This document shows positions 40,400 through 50,118 of a DNA stretch of 64,000 nucleotides, one piece after another. Each line of letters starts with the position of its first letter. Positions within the stretch are counted from its first letter, which is position 1. Made by a program: the position numbers and the translations under genes. The DNA lies in the IMG/VR virus record IMGVR_UViG_3300023174_005338, positions 1-64,000 of that record; one strand, written 5' to 3'. The notes under the pieces were generated by a model. It was not told the origin of the DNA. It saw only the letters and a list, made by a program, of their open reading frames with translations, and searched no databases.

Positions 40400-40424
40400 A
40401 AATCTGTTTGCGCAGTTGAACAGT

Positions 40425-40449
40425 AACCCTGCCTTGTGCAGGGTTTTTT
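40425..40449 (+). terminator. Rho-independent terminator
   Basis: AACCCTGC-CTTGT-GCAGGGTT plus T-run. Confidence 0.85.
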
Positions 40450-40453
40450 ATGG

Positions 40454-40482
40454 TTGACCAAAAACTCTCCTTTTTGTATAAT
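40454..40482 (+). promoter_or_regulatory. Sigma70-type early promoter
   Basis: TTGACC-17-TATAAT. Confidence 0.75.
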
Positions 40483-40513
40483 AGCAGTATAGTTAATCAA
40501 AAGGAGCCACAGT

Positions 40514-40669
40514 ATGTCTAAGAAACATTTTGAACTACTCGCCAAATATATCAACTCGATCATGGATCCCCATGCTCGTCTCCAGGCTGCGATTGCAGTA
40601 GCGTCGGCCTGTAAAGAAGCAAATCAGAGATTCGATCAGGACCGTTTCTTTTCGGCCTGTAACATATAG
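40514..40669 (+). CDS. Small early protein (51 aa, not in ORF track)
   Basis: AAGGAG SD; MSKKHFELLA...NQRFDQDRFFSAC. Confidence 0.7.
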   Translation: MSKKHFELLAKYINSIMDPHARLQAAIAVASACKEANQRFDQDRFFSACNI

Positions 40670-40738
40670 AGTAATCTCCGACCCGGCGCCAACCAGGGTA
40701 GGTTAGTGAACACTAACCCGTAAATCCTAAGTCCGGGA

Positions 40739-41122
40739 CAATGGTTGACCAAACTAATTAACGGTATATGAGAGAATACTTACTAAGCGAATCGGCACAA
40801 AAAATCTTGGCATTGCACAGGAGTCCTGAATTCCAACAGATGGATTTCAGTGATCAATTGGATTTGAGAACCTTGGACAACGAACTATTAGAGTTGGCGA
40901 GATATTTTGAAAGTCTTGATGAAATCAATGACATCTATAAGGAAATGTGTCATGATTTTTTTTATCGAATGTTTACAACCTGTGACCGCGATGACTCCAT
41001 AGCCTATTTTAGATTGGCGGTAGCTGATTACCGTTTGCATGTTTGGGCCGAAAGTAGTGTGGATGAATTTGTGTACAAGATACAGCCACGTGTAGACCGT
41101 TTATGTGGCAATGGTTGACCAA
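40739..41122 (+). repeat. 14-bp direct repeat CAATGGTTGACCAA flanking ORF 40768..41118
   Basis: Copies at 40739-40752 and 41109-41122, each containing the -35 box. Confidence 0.75.
40768..41118 (+). CDS. Hypothetical protein
   Basis: 116-aa ORF between direct repeats. Confidence 0.55.
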   Translation: MREYLLSESAQKILALHRSPEFQQMDFSDQLDLRTLDNELLELARYFESLDEINDIYKEMCHDFFYRMFTTCDRDDSIAYFRLAVADYRLHVWAESSVDEFVYKIQPRVDRLCGNG

Positions 41123-41143
41123 TAATGACAAATCGGTTATAAT
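41115..41143 (+). promoter_or_regulatory. Sigma70-type early promoter
   Basis: TTGACC-17-TATAAT. Confidence 0.75.
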
Positions 41144-41172
41144 ATATGTATAGTGAAAAATTAGGAGCAACA

Positions 41173-41439
41173 ATGTATATAGGAATGTTAGAACCCACAG
41201 AACAAGAAAAAATCGTTCAGGCCTTGCGTGGCGAACAATTTGATCGCAAACTTCACGGTGCCTTGTTTGATCGTGGCAGTGCAGATTCATATTACGGTCG
41301 TCCCCGCGATCCGCATTACTGGCCCGAAGGCACAGGGCATGGTCAACGAGTCACTGAACTCAATGAAGCTGAAATTGAGGAGTACCTAGCCGGTTACGAC
41401 TACAACGAGCAGTATGGCGACAAAAAAAGCTGGGATTGA
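41173..41439 (+). CDS. Early hypothetical protein (HG..FDRGSADSYYGR family)
   Basis: AGGAG SD before ATG 41173. Confidence 0.7.
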   Translation: MYIGMLEPTEQEKIVQALRGEQFDRKLHGALFDRGSADSYYGRPRDPHYWPEGTGHGQRVTELNEAEIEEYLAGYDYNEQYGDKKSWD

Positions 41440-41464
41440 CCAAAAAAGGCCCATTTGTTATAAT
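41436..41464 (+). promoter_or_regulatory. Sigma70-type early promoter
   Basis: TTGACC-17-TATAAT. Confidence 0.75.
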
Positions 41465-41492
41465 AGTATTATAAACAATAAAGGAGCATAGC

Positions 41493-41804
41493 ATGGCACA
41501 CAGCGATTTTGCAGAGTTAACAGTAGACGACTTGCAGAGCTATTACAGCGACTTTCACAAGGATTTCCACGGTTGGCGTCCACGTGGTGCCACACCTGAG
41601 CAGTGGCGTGATCGTGGCTACTTGGTAGCCCAGATCAACGGTATCCATGACGCACTGGATGCCATGAAGAAGACCGAATCAGGCCGTGCAGAATTACGTC
41701 GGGCGGGTTGGGTCGTTGAAGACGAACCCGAAGTGATTGATCCAATGGAATATGCTGAATGGTCAGCCGATCTGGATGCAGAGTTTTATGGGGAGCGAGT
41801 ATAA
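41493..41804 (+). CDS. Early hypothetical protein (YSD.HKD.HG.RPR family)
   Basis: AAGGAG SD. Confidence 0.7.
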   Translation: MAHSDFAELTVDDLQSYYSDFHKDFHGWRPRGATPEQWRDRGYLVAQINGIHDALDAMKKTESGRAELRRAGWVVEDEPEVIDPMEYAEWSADLDAEFYGERV

Positions 41805-41956
41805 TGGGATTCTACAAAGACATCGAAATAGAAATTATGTCCTGGCAGGCTCGTGGTCGTAGCCAGGATGAAACTTATATCTATTTCAAAGATTATGTGA
41901 CCCAGGAAGATGTGGCCCGTATCTTTGCCAGAGACTGTGATGAGGAGACAGTGTGA
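41804..41956 (+). CDS. Small hypothetical protein
   Basis: TAATG coupling, GGAG SD. Confidence 0.55.
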   Translation: MGFYKDIEIEIMSWQARGRSQDETYIYFKDYVTQEDVARIFARDCDEETV

Positions 41957-42082
41957 CCGAACAGCAGATTCGCGAGATTGCCAGACAAGCTGGATTCCAT
42001 ATCATAGACAGTGCTATCTGGCGCGAATTGGCCAAGAGATTTATCGCAGACCTGCTGAAACAGATTGAACAGGAGAAGAACC

Positions 42083-42301
42083 GTGTTTGAAGATGATTAT
42101 GAAGAACAGCCAAGTGCCAATCGCAAACGCCAGATCATGGGCAATATCAAAATGACCTTGACCCGTGATCAGATCATGACCTTTGTGGGCGGCTTGCACG
42201 AAACACAGATGGAACTGATTGAAGCTGTGGTCAGCAGTCGTGAACGTCAAGGCTTTCCCGAAGCCACAGCCGCAATCAAACGCATCATGGAGATGAAATG
42301 A
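42083..42301 (+). CDS. Small hypothetical protein
   Basis: AGGAG SD then GTG 42083. Confidence 0.55.
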   Translation: MFEDDYEEQPSANRKRQIMGNIKMTLTRDQIMTFVGGLHETQMELIEAVVSSRERQGFPEATAAIKRIMEMK

Positions 42302-42474
42302 CCCGCGATCTAACACCTTTCAAGTTATGGTTGCAACGCATGTACATGGATCACAAAGACGAAGCCAACGCCTATGGTTTTCCTACCTGTGATGCCGCAA
42401 CTTATTTCCGCATGTACAAATATTGGCTCAAAAGAGAATACCGTCATCAACAGCAAACCGCCGCTGAACTATGA
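42298..42474 (+). CDS. Small hypothetical protein (58 aa, not in track)
   Basis: ATGA coupling at both ends; MTRDLTPFKLWL...YKYWLKREY. Confidence 0.6.
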   Translation: MTRDLTPFKLWLQRMYMDHKDEANAYGFPTCDAATYFRMYKYWLKREYRHQQQTAAEL

Positions 42475-42746
42475 GACAGTTATTTTTTGTTGCTGTGGTG
42501 TTGTTGGTTGGCTGTGCTTCACAACCCACCAAGCCCGGCTATGACATTTCAGATTTTGACAATCTACGACCCGACTGTGGTCAGGCACAGTCACAGGTGA
42601 TGTACCTAAGGTCACGCATCGACGAGTTCCATGCCTACTTTGGTTCAAGACCCGATCAACTCACCCAACCTTATCGTCAATACTACACTCGTTTGAAAAA
42701 TAACCTATGGAGTCTAAGAGCATCATGCTCCGCACTACAGCGTTGA
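42471..42746 (+). CDS. Lipoprotein
   Basis: Lipobox LVGC. Confidence 0.7.
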   Translation: MRQLFFVAVVLLVGCASQPTKPGYDISDFDNLRPDCGQAQSQVMYLRSRIDEFHAYFGSRPDQLTQPYRQYYTRLKNNLWSLRASCSALQR

Positions 42747-43288
42747 TCTTGGGGTTGGCCGTGACCAACTCTGTCATGGCCCAGTGCTATGTGCGTCAGG
42801 CCATGACCACGCAACAACAAGCCAGCATTGCCAGGATCACTGATGTGCAGAATCTGGCTGTGCCGGTATCAAACACCCACCACAAGTGCATAGTCACATT
42901 CAGGGCCTTGATCGACGGAGAATGGATTTCGGGCGAGGGTGAAAAGACTGCACCCAGAACAGTCGCCGAAGCCGAGCTATGCCGCCAGGCCATGGATTCT
43001 GGACGGGTACAGGTTCTGAGTCGAACTACAGCCAAAAATCTCACTGTGGAGACCAACATGGTCTGCGACGAGCGTCCAGAAATACAGGTCCGTAATGTTC
43101 GCATTGGCGACACTGTGCGTGAAAGCGAAGTGCGACCGCATCCAAACTTTCCCAAGACCTTTAGATATCTTGGTGCCCAGTGCCGTTGGTTCATTGAGCC
43201 CACATATCGCAAACAGGATCTTGGACAGTATCAAGGCATCATATGCTTGTCGCATGGTTCACAATGGCGTGTAGTTGACAAATGGTAG
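42725..43288 (+). CDS. Secreted Cys-containing protein
   Basis: Signal peptide ending VMA/QC; six Cys. Confidence 0.65.
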   Translation: MLRTTALILGLAVTNSVMAQCYVRQAMTTQQQASIARITDVQNLAVPVSNTHHKCIVTFRALIDGEWISGEGEKTAPRTVAEAELCRQAMDSGRVQVLSRTTAKNLTVETNMVCDERPEIQVRNVRIGDTVRESEVRPHPNFPKTFRYLGAQCRWFIEPTYRKQDLGQYQGIICLSHGSQWRVVDKW

Positions 43289-43303
43289 CATTTGTGCTAT
43301 ACT
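43275..43303 (+). promoter_or_regulatory. Sigma70-type promoter
   Basis: TTGACA-17-TATACT with TGn. Confidence 0.75.
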
Positions 43304-43335
43304 TTATTAATCGCAACTCTAAGAAGAGGTAGGAA

Positions 43336-44058
43336 ATGAAAAAATTAGCAATCGTAACCGGTATCACTTTGGCCTTGAGTGCATGTAGCTCAACGCCAAA
43401 CTACAGTAAACAATTCAGTGCAGACAATGGACTCCAGTCGGCACAAATGGCGTCGGCCATCCGAGAAGCACCGGCTTGGATGAGCAAGTTGCCCAAGGCC
43501 GCCGGGTATGTGTTTGAAAACGGCACTGCCACCAGTGGAGACTTTGCGTTCGCCGACATCAAGGCCAAGAGCATGGCCTACGCCAAGATTTGCACAGCCG
43601 CCGGAGGCAAAGTACGTAGCCAGGTCAAAATGTTTAGAAGTGACAGCGGAGACTCCAGCACTGATCAAAGCGAAATGGCCCTGCGTAGCATGTGCCCCGA
43701 CGTGGACATCACTGGTGTAGAAACTGTGGAAATGAAACATGTGTCCGAAGGTAATCGTATCCGTACCTATGTGTTGGTAGCCCTGCCCATAGGTGACAAG
43801 AATGTCATGAAGTCGGCCAAGGATGCTGCGGCTCGTGCGCCTGAAGCATTCCGAGAATTAGACGACGTGACCAAAGAACAAAACCGGGCACCAGCCACAG
43901 ATAAAAAGTCTGAAACAATCAGTGTAGTGGGCCCAGATGGTACTACTCAAAACATTGGACTGGTCCAAGTTGACAACGAAGAATACAAGGCACGCAGAGC
44001 CGAGGCCTTGAAGAAACCGGGTGCTGTAATTGGACAATATACTGTGCAAGCCAACTAA
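43336..44058 (+). CDS. Lipoprotein (LPP20-like)
   Basis: Lipobox LSAC; P.WM, GTATS.D..A..KA, YVLVALP. Confidence 0.7.
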   Translation: MKKLAIVTGITLALSACSSTPNYSKQFSADNGLQSAQMASAIREAPAWMSKLPKAAGYVFENGTATSGDFAFADIKAKSMAYAKICTAAGGKVRSQVKMFRSDSGDSSTDQSEMALRSMCPDVDITGVETVEMKHVSEGNRIRTYVLVALPIGDKNVMKSAKDAAARAPEAFRELDDVTKEQNRAPATDKKSETISVVGPDGTTQNIGLVQVDNEEYKARRAEALKKPGAVIGQYTVQAN

Positions 44059-44095
44059 TCTATCAACATTTGTATTGACCGGGAGCTAGTAAATA

Positions 44096-45460
44096 ATGAT
44101 AGACATGCAAGATGTCAAATTCCAAGGATTAAAATTGGCCGCAGACTGGATCCGCGATCTCGAAAGCAGTGACAGCAGAATACACAAAGAGAAGGTGATC
44201 GAAAAGGCACTCATGGCTGCCAAGCTGGGCAGTGCCAATGCTCAATGTTTCTTGTTCAACTGCTATGAAGCCTACAACCCCTTCCATGTGTTTGGTGTGC
44301 GTCAAGTGCCAGAGACCGATGGATTGACCGGCAGGCCTAACCCTTGGCCGGCATTCTGGGGCCTGTTAGAAAGTTTGCGGACCCGAAGTGTCACAGGACA
44401 TGATGCTCGTGATGCCATTATATCCATGAGTGAGCAGTTTGACTCAGAAGAGTGGAATGGCTTGTGCCGCAGAGTCATCATCAAAGACCTACGCTGTGGT
44501 ATTAGTGAAAAGACACTCAACAAGGTGCTGGGCAAGACTGAATGGAAAATACCGGTGTTCACCTGCCAGTTGGCCACAGACAGCAATGATCATGCCAACA
44601 AGATGAAGGGCATCAAACGTATCGAGTGCAAGCTGGATGGTGTGCGTGTGCTGGCCTTGTGCACCAAGAACCGTGTGACCTTGTACAGTCGCAATGGCAA
44701 GATCTTTGAAAACTTTCCTGATATCCAAGAACAACTGAACCGAATTAAACATCGTATCAGTTTAGAAACCAAAGGACCATTTGTGTTGGATGGTGAAATC
44801 GTGGGCGAGAGTTTCCAGGCCTTGATGAAACAGGCACAACGCAAAGACAATGTCCGGACCAAGGACATGACCTACTACATCTTTGATGTGATTCCCTTGG
44901 CGGACTTTGAACGTGGATTCTGGAATGCACAGCAACACAAACGAACTCTACTGTTAGATGTCAATAAACAAGAGATTGAAGCCGAACCAAATCTTAGACT
45001 CATGCCAGGCATGGACGTGGATCTCAGCACTGCCGAAGGACAAGATGTTATGCGCAGATTTGCCGAGGATGCCGTGGCCCAAGGCTTCGAAGGTATCATG
45101 ATTAAATCGGTAGATGCACCCTACGAATGTAAAAGGTCGAGTTTCTGGATGAAATGGAAACCTGTGATGACCGTGGACTTAAATATTGTAGGATTTGAAG
45201 AAGGCACAGGTCGCAACTTGGGCCGGTTGGGTGCTATAATATGCGAAGGAGTAGACAATGATCGTAATATTCGTGTTAATGTGGGCAGTGGCCTTTCCGA
45301 TGCTGATCGTGATGAATATTGGCATTCCCGAGATGACCTACTTGGCCGAGTGGTTGAGGTTGCGGCAGATGCTGTCACCCAAAATCAAGATGGAACCTAT
45401 AGTTTAAGGTTCCCCCGCTTTGTACGATTCCGCGGATTTGAACAAGGAGAGAAACTGTGA
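44096..45460 (+). CDS. lig: ATP-dependent DNA ligase
   Basis: KLDGVR, SRNG, LDGE, FD, EGIMIK, WMKWK, SLRFPRF. Confidence 0.95.
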   Translation: MIDMQDVKFQGLKLAADWIRDLESSDSRIHKEKVIEKALMAAKLGSANAQCFLFNCYEAYNPFHVFGVRQVPETDGLTGRPNPWPAFWGLLESLRTRSVTGHDARDAIISMSEQFDSEEWNGLCRRVIIKDLRCGISEKTLNKVLGKTEWKIPVFTCQLATDSNDHANKMKGIKRIECKLDGVRVLALCTKNRVTLYSRNGKIFENFPDIQEQLNRIKHRISLETKGPFVLDGEIVGESFQALMKQAQRKDNVRTKDMTYYIFDVIPLADFERGFWNAQQHKRTLLLDVNKQEIEAEPNLRLMPGMDVDLSTAEGQDVMRRFAEDAVAQGFEGIMIKSVDAPYECKRSSFWMKWKPVMTVDLNIVGFEEGTGRNLGRLGAIICEGVDNDRNIRVNVGSGLSDADRDEYWHSRDDLLGRVVEVAADAVTQNQDGTYSLRFPRFVRFRGFEQGEKL

Positions 45461-45682
45461 TGTTTGATCAATATGTGAAAATGTTTGATTTGGTGCCTTG
45501 GATAGATGCCTGGTTGATTGAGGCCGTGACCATTATCTTTGGGGCCTTGTTGGTTGGTTATATCGTGACCAAAGCAGTGACAAGATTCAATGGAGATGAA
45601 CAATGATACACCCTCGAGAATGGATCCATTATATAAAATGGCGCATTGAAAAAGCCCTGAAACGCATTAGACAGTTCATGGC

Positions 45683-45892
45683 ATGAGCGGATATGATTTT
45701 CCTAGCATGGCTCATGCTGCATCCAATACCATAACCTGCTTGGCCGGCGGTGCAGAAATGTTGCGAGTCAGCCCCGAAGGATTTTGGGTGCGTGGTGTCC
45801 GAGTCGATCAGGATGACCGCGAAGCCGAGACAGTGTATAATGCATTCAAGGCCTGGATGACCTGGGCGCAATTAAACAAAGATTACAAGTAA
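45683..45892 (+). CDS. Small hypothetical protein
   Basis: 69-aa coupled ORF, preceded by two tiny coupled ORFs (45460..45606, 45603..45686). Confidence 0.55.
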   Translation: MSGYDFPSMAHAASNTITCLAGGAEMLRVSPEGFWVRGVRVDQDDREAETVYNAFKAWMTWAQLNKDYK

Positions 45893-45901
45893 GGAACTAG
45901 C

Positions 45902-47086
45902 ATGGCAACCAAAGAAGAACAGCAACAACTCATAGACACACTCAAGTTTACACCCAGAACCTACAAGATTTCAATGTGGGGCTATGGTGGTGAAAAGGTC
46001 ATGGGCACCGTGGATCCCAAGGTCTGGGACTACTGCATGGAGCACCAGGTTGATCTCAGTGACATAGCCTGGAACTATGATGCCTGTGAAGAAATGGACC
46101 TGGACGAAGACATGCTACCATTCACTCCAGGATCGTGGTACGAATGCGACAGCATGGCACACGTCAACGGTGTGAGCCGCAACGCCGGACACATACAGAT
46201 CGAAGATGAAAATGGGAATAGTGTGTTTGAAAAACAGCTGGAAGACTGCGATGGCGCCCAAGACAGTCCTGAGTGGTGTTGCGATGATGAAACCTACATT
46301 GGTCAGCGCAAGAAAGGTGAAGTGGTGTTCGTTGGAAGCAGCAACGAAAAAGGCACTTTCTTTGAAGGCGACATTGAACTACGAGCACCGTTTGACATCA
46401 CCAAACTGGAATTGCACTATGAAGAAGTGGATGGCGAAGAGATCGTCAACAGTGTGTACTACGATGGCGATGAGATCGACAACAACGGCGGCAGCACCGA
46501 CGGTAAGAGTTCTGACTTTATCATGGTTCGCCTCACCGATGACGAAGGCAATTTTGAACGCTACGAACCCGAAGAAAAAGACTGGGGTCATCCTGAATAT
46601 GGTACCAGCCCCAGCGACTGGGAAAAGAGTTCTAATTTCAAATTCAAAAAACAAAAACCCACCATTCCGGGATATTATAGTTGCAACTATGGATTCGGCA
46701 GCACCTATGGTAGCCTGTACTGGGATGGCAAGAACTTTGGTGAATGGGAATACGGCAAGTTCCATGCCAAAGACGATGATGGCATAGTATCATGGCAGGG
46801 CTACAACTGGGACACAAGCTCATGGGTCAATCAACCTCCCGAGCCACCCAGCCTGATCTGCGACAACAAAAAATGTGGTTGGGTAGGCAGCAGTGATGAT
46901 CGTCGTGAAGATGAAGAATACAACAGCCATTGCCCCAACTGCGATGGCACAGAGTTTTCGTGGATTGACTATGATCCAGACACAGCCACGGGTCGTAAGA
47001 ATCGTGCTAAGTACTGCCGTGAATGGGATCCAAAGGTGGCATTCGAAAGAATCTCAGTTCCAGAATTGGAGGAGCAAGCACAATGA
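45902..47086 (+). CDS. Acidic hypothetical protein with C-terminal zinc ribbon
   Basis: 394 aa; CDNKKC...CPNC. Confidence 0.7.
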   Translation: MATKEEQQQLIDTLKFTPRTYKISMWGYGGEKVMGTVDPKVWDYCMEHQVDLSDIAWNYDACEEMDLDEDMLPFTPGSWYECDSMAHVNGVSRNAGHIQIEDENGNSVFEKQLEDCDGAQDSPEWCCDDETYIGQRKKGEVVFVGSSNEKGTFFEGDIELRAPFDITKLELHYEEVDGEEIVNSVYYDGDEIDNNGGSTDGKSSDFIMVRLTDDEGNFERYEPEEKDWGHPEYGTSPSDWEKSSNFKFKKQKPTIPGYYSCNYGFGSTYGSLYWDGKNFGEWEYGKFHAKDDDGIVSWQGYNWDTSSWVNQPPEPPSLICDNKKCGWVGSSDDRREDEEYNSHCPNCDGTEFSWIDYDPDTATGRKNRAKYCREWDPKVAFERISVPELEEQAQ

Positions 47087-47331
47087 TGCCAAAACCAGAA
47101 GTAGCAGGTCGATGCGGATGCGGTCGTAGCCCAACAGGAAAATGTTGTGGTTGGCATGCCTTGACCGAAGATGCCTACAAACAAAAATTAGCCGAGTATG
47201 AGGATGCCGAACAGCAAAAACAACGGCAGGATGACCTAGAAACCTATCGTGATCAAGCCATGAGTTTATGGTTTGACAACGGCGGTTCGTGTACTGGAGT
47301 CAAAGGTCCAGGCACACCCAATATCAATTAA
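47083..47331 (+). CDS. CDGSH-type [2Fe-2S] protein
   Basis: CGCGRSPTGKCCGWH matches C-x-C-x2-S-x4-C-x-G-x-H. Confidence 0.7.
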   Translation: MMPKPEVAGRCGCGRSPTGKCCGWHALTEDAYKQKLAEYEDAEQQKQRQDDLETYRDQAMSLWFDNGGSCTGVKGPGTPNIN

Positions 47332-47340
47332 GGAGAAGCA

Positions 47341-48009
47341 ATGAATACCTATGCAAGTGTGAGTGATATCAACAACCGAATGATTTCGGTCTACAACAAC
47401 ATGTTCTTGGCCGTGGTCAACAGCATGTTGGTCAGTTTATTGGTGGCTTCAAGTCCGGGACTCATGGCATTCCTGTTCACTGGTATCATGAAGTGGGTGG
47501 TGATTTTTGCACCACTGGTGATGATCTTGGCCATGACCTGGATCATGGAAAAAGCCACCTACGGCGAAGCACGAGGCATGCTACATATCTTCGCGGCTTT
47601 GATGGGACTCAGCATGAGCACCATATTCATCACGTTTACTACCACCAGTATAGTCACTGCTTTCATGGGCGCAGCCATTTTGTTTGGTACCATGAGCTTG
47701 TGGGGATACTTTACCAAGAAAAGCCTGGAAGGTTGGGGCAGTTTCTTGATGGTGGGTGTGATTGCAGTGGTGATCGCCAGCATCGTCAATGTGTTCTTGG
47801 GTAATTCGACCCTGGCCATGGTTGTATCGGCAGTGGCCATCATTGTGTTCTTGGGTCTCACTGCCTATGACACACAACGCATACGTCAAGAGGTCAGCAT
47901 TCTTGAACCTGATTCAAAGGCCGAGATCCTGGGTGCCTTGAGCCTGTACATGAACTTCATCAACATTTTTGTCAGCCTGTTGCAACTGTTTGGCAATCGT
48001 GATGATTAA
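47341..48009 (+). CDS. BAX inhibitor-1/YccA family membrane protein
   Basis: Seven TM segments; GLTAYDTQRI; ALSLYMNFINIF. Confidence 0.92.
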   Translation: MNTYASVSDINNRMISVYNNMFLAVVNSMLVSLLVASSPGLMAFLFTGIMKWVVIFAPLVMILAMTWIMEKATYGEARGMLHIFAALMGLSMSTIFITFTTTSIVTAFMGAAILFGTMSLWGYFTKKSLEGWGSFLMVGVIAVVIASIVNVFLGNSTLAMVVSAVAIIVFLGLTAYDTQRIRQEVSILEPDSKAEILGALSLYMNFINIFVSLLQLFGNRDD

Positions 48010-48120
48010 AAGATTCCGGATCTGGTTGGCTAGAAAAATATTAGGCAACTATTGCTCTTGTTATAAAATGGGATATCATGTATTATGTGATTATACCAAA
48101 CATCAAATAGGCAAGAAATC

Positions 48121-48351
48121 GTGAACCCTATTAATCTACTAACCTCGGCCATTGATAGCCTCTGGTGGTGGACCTATGGTATTATTGCCGGTTGGGGGCT
48201 GACTTTCACTCTGGTTGTAACGGCCTTGATCATCTTGTTGATCAGGACCATTAATCTACAACGCAGAGTGGATAGATTAGAAAATCGTATTATAACCAAC
48301 GAACGAGAGTTCAACTTATTTTCCAAAACATGGCCAGGCAAGAAGCAGTAG
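48121..48351 (+). CDS. Small membrane protein
   Basis: TM helix plus coiled coil. Confidence 0.5.
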   Translation: MNPINLLTSAIDSLWWWTYGIIAGWGLTFTLVVTALIILLIRTINLQRRVDRLENRIITNEREFNLFSKTWPGKKQ

Positions 48352-48509
48352 ACTCTCATCAATGTTCGGTCTGTAGTTGCGACTACACCGATGACGAAGG
48401 TGGCATCCAAGGTTATTTTGGTATCCTGCCAGTGAGCTTTTGTCCCACCTGCTTCTCGTGCATGTGCGACATGGCCAGCCAGTTCATCCAACCAGAAGAC
48501 ACAGAATAA
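48330..48509 (+). CDS. Small zinc-finger protein (59 aa, not in track)
   Basis: CSVC...FCPTC. Confidence 0.6.
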   Translation: MARQEAVDSHQCSVCSCDYTDDEGGIQGYFGILPVSFCPTCFSCMCDMASQFIQPEDTE

Positions 48510-48519
48510 ATATTTGATT

Positions 48520-50118
48520 ATGTGGTTTGGCATACTCACTCTCGCAACCGCACTGATCATATCAGTCAGTGCCGCTTATTACAGCATACTTGGTCTCACA
48601 GCCATATTTGCCGCGGCCTTCTGGCCCATAGTGATCTTGGGTAGCAGCCTGGAAGTGGGCAAGATAGTAAGCACCCTGTGGTTGCACAAGTATTGGCACA
48701 GGGCAGAAATGCAGTACAAGATATATCTCAGTGCGGCCGTGGCCATACTCATGGTCTTGACCAGCATGGGTGTGTTTGGCTTCTTGAGCAAGGCACACTT
48801 GGATCAAGTCGTGCCGTCGGGCGACATACAGGCCCAGGTGCAGATCTATGATGACAAGATCAAGACACAGCGTGACAACATAGAAGCCGCCAGAAAGGCT
48901 CTGCGCCAGATGGACGAAGCCGTGGATCAGACCATGAGTCGTAGCAGTAGCGAACAAGGAGCAGACAAAGCTGCCAACCTGCGCCGCAGCCAGGCCCGTG
49001 AACGTGGCAATCTACAGAACGACATTTCACGAGCACAGAGTGAGATCACCAAACTACAAGAACAACGAGCACCCATAGCCAGCCAGGCTCGCCAGATTGA
49101 AGCCGAAGTGGGTCCTATCAAATACATTGCCGCACTCATATATGGTGACAATCCTGATGCCAATCTGTTAGAAAAAGCAGTTCGCTGGATGATCATACTG
49201 ATTGTCATAGTGTTTGATCCACTAGCCCTGACCCTGTTGCTGGCCGCTACCAAGACCTTTGAATGGGAACGTGAAAATAAACTCAAGGACACGCATGAGG
49301 ATCCAGATCCAGATGTAGGATCTTGGTTTGATCGAGCCCGCGAGCGTGCCAGATTCTGGGACCAACAACAAAAAGAAAAACCAACTCCATGGCCATTTCC
49401 CCGACAGTTTGAAGGCATACGATCAGGTCAAGGCCAATGGATGCAGACCGGTCCTGAACTTGATGTCCCCGACGAGCAAGAACCTGTCAAATCTCAACCT
49501 ACTGTAAAACAATCTGTGTTGGCCGGTCTAGACAGCATGTGGGCCCGTGCCAAAAAACTGGCACGGCGAGATTCCGAAGCCGAACATGCACCATTAGACA
49601 CATCTGCGAACAAGCCATTGCCAACCCCAGTTGCAGAAGAGGACAACGACACATCAGAAAAGTTTGCTGAACGTGCATGGAAATCTGAAAATCCCAACGA
49701 CACTCTCAAACGCCAACGAGATCTATTGGACGCTGGCCTGATCGCAGAACTACCTTGGAATGAAGACCGATTTCAGACTCAGGTTTTGGGTCAACAAAGA
49801 ATTCAAGCCGACAATGTGCCCACTGGTGCCACCGGCGAAGTGCGAGGGTTTGGTACCAGTTTTCCGGCTGATGCCAAAAAAGGTGACATGTTTCTAAGAG
49901 TGGATCGCTTGCCCAGTGGACTTTACAAGTACAACGGCACCATGTGGATCGAGGTAGACAAATCCTTGAGCGACAGCCATGCCTGGGACGATGCCTACAT
50001 TGACCACCTCATAGCCAAGATAGGATCTGGCGAATATGATCCTGACTTGCTGAGTGATGCCGAACGTGATCGTATTGAGGCCAAACTAAAAACTGATCCT
50101 TCGTCGGGCTTGGCATGA
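48520..50118 (+). CDS. Membrane-anchored coiled-coil protein
   Basis: Three N-terminal TMs, coiled coil, EVGPIKYIA, further TM, long C-tail with FP...GD.FLR.D..P motif. Confidence 0.75.
   Translation: MWFGILTLATALIISVSAAYYSILGLTAIFAAAFWPIVILGSSLEVGKIVSTLWLHKYWHRAEMQYKIYLSAAVAILMVLTSMGVFGFLSKAHLDQVVPSGDIQAQVQIYDDKIKTQRDNIEAARKALRQMDEAVDQTMSRSSSEQGADKAANLRRSQARERGNLQNDISRAQSEITKLQEQRAPIASQARQIEAEVGPIKYIAALIYGDNPDANLLEKAVRWMIILIVIVFDPLALTLLLAATKTFEWERENKLKDTHEDPDPDVGSWFDRARERARFWDQQQKEKPTPWPFPRQFEGIRSGQGQWMQTGPELDVPDEQEPVKSQPTVKQSVLAGLDSMWARAKKLARRDSEAEHAPLDTSANKPLPTPVAEEDNDTSEKFAERAWKSENPNDTLKRQRDLLDAGLIAELPWNEDRFQTQVLGQQRIQADNVPTGATGEVRGFGTSFPADAKKGDMFLRVDRLPSGLYKYNGTMWIEVDKSLSDSHAWDDAYIDHLIAKIGSGEYDPDLLSDAERDRIEAKLKTDPSSGLA

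Noticed and set aside
40451-41464. CRISPR-like or att-site repeats
   Set aside because: Repeats are short -35 boxes ~290-370 bp apart; no cas or integrase genes
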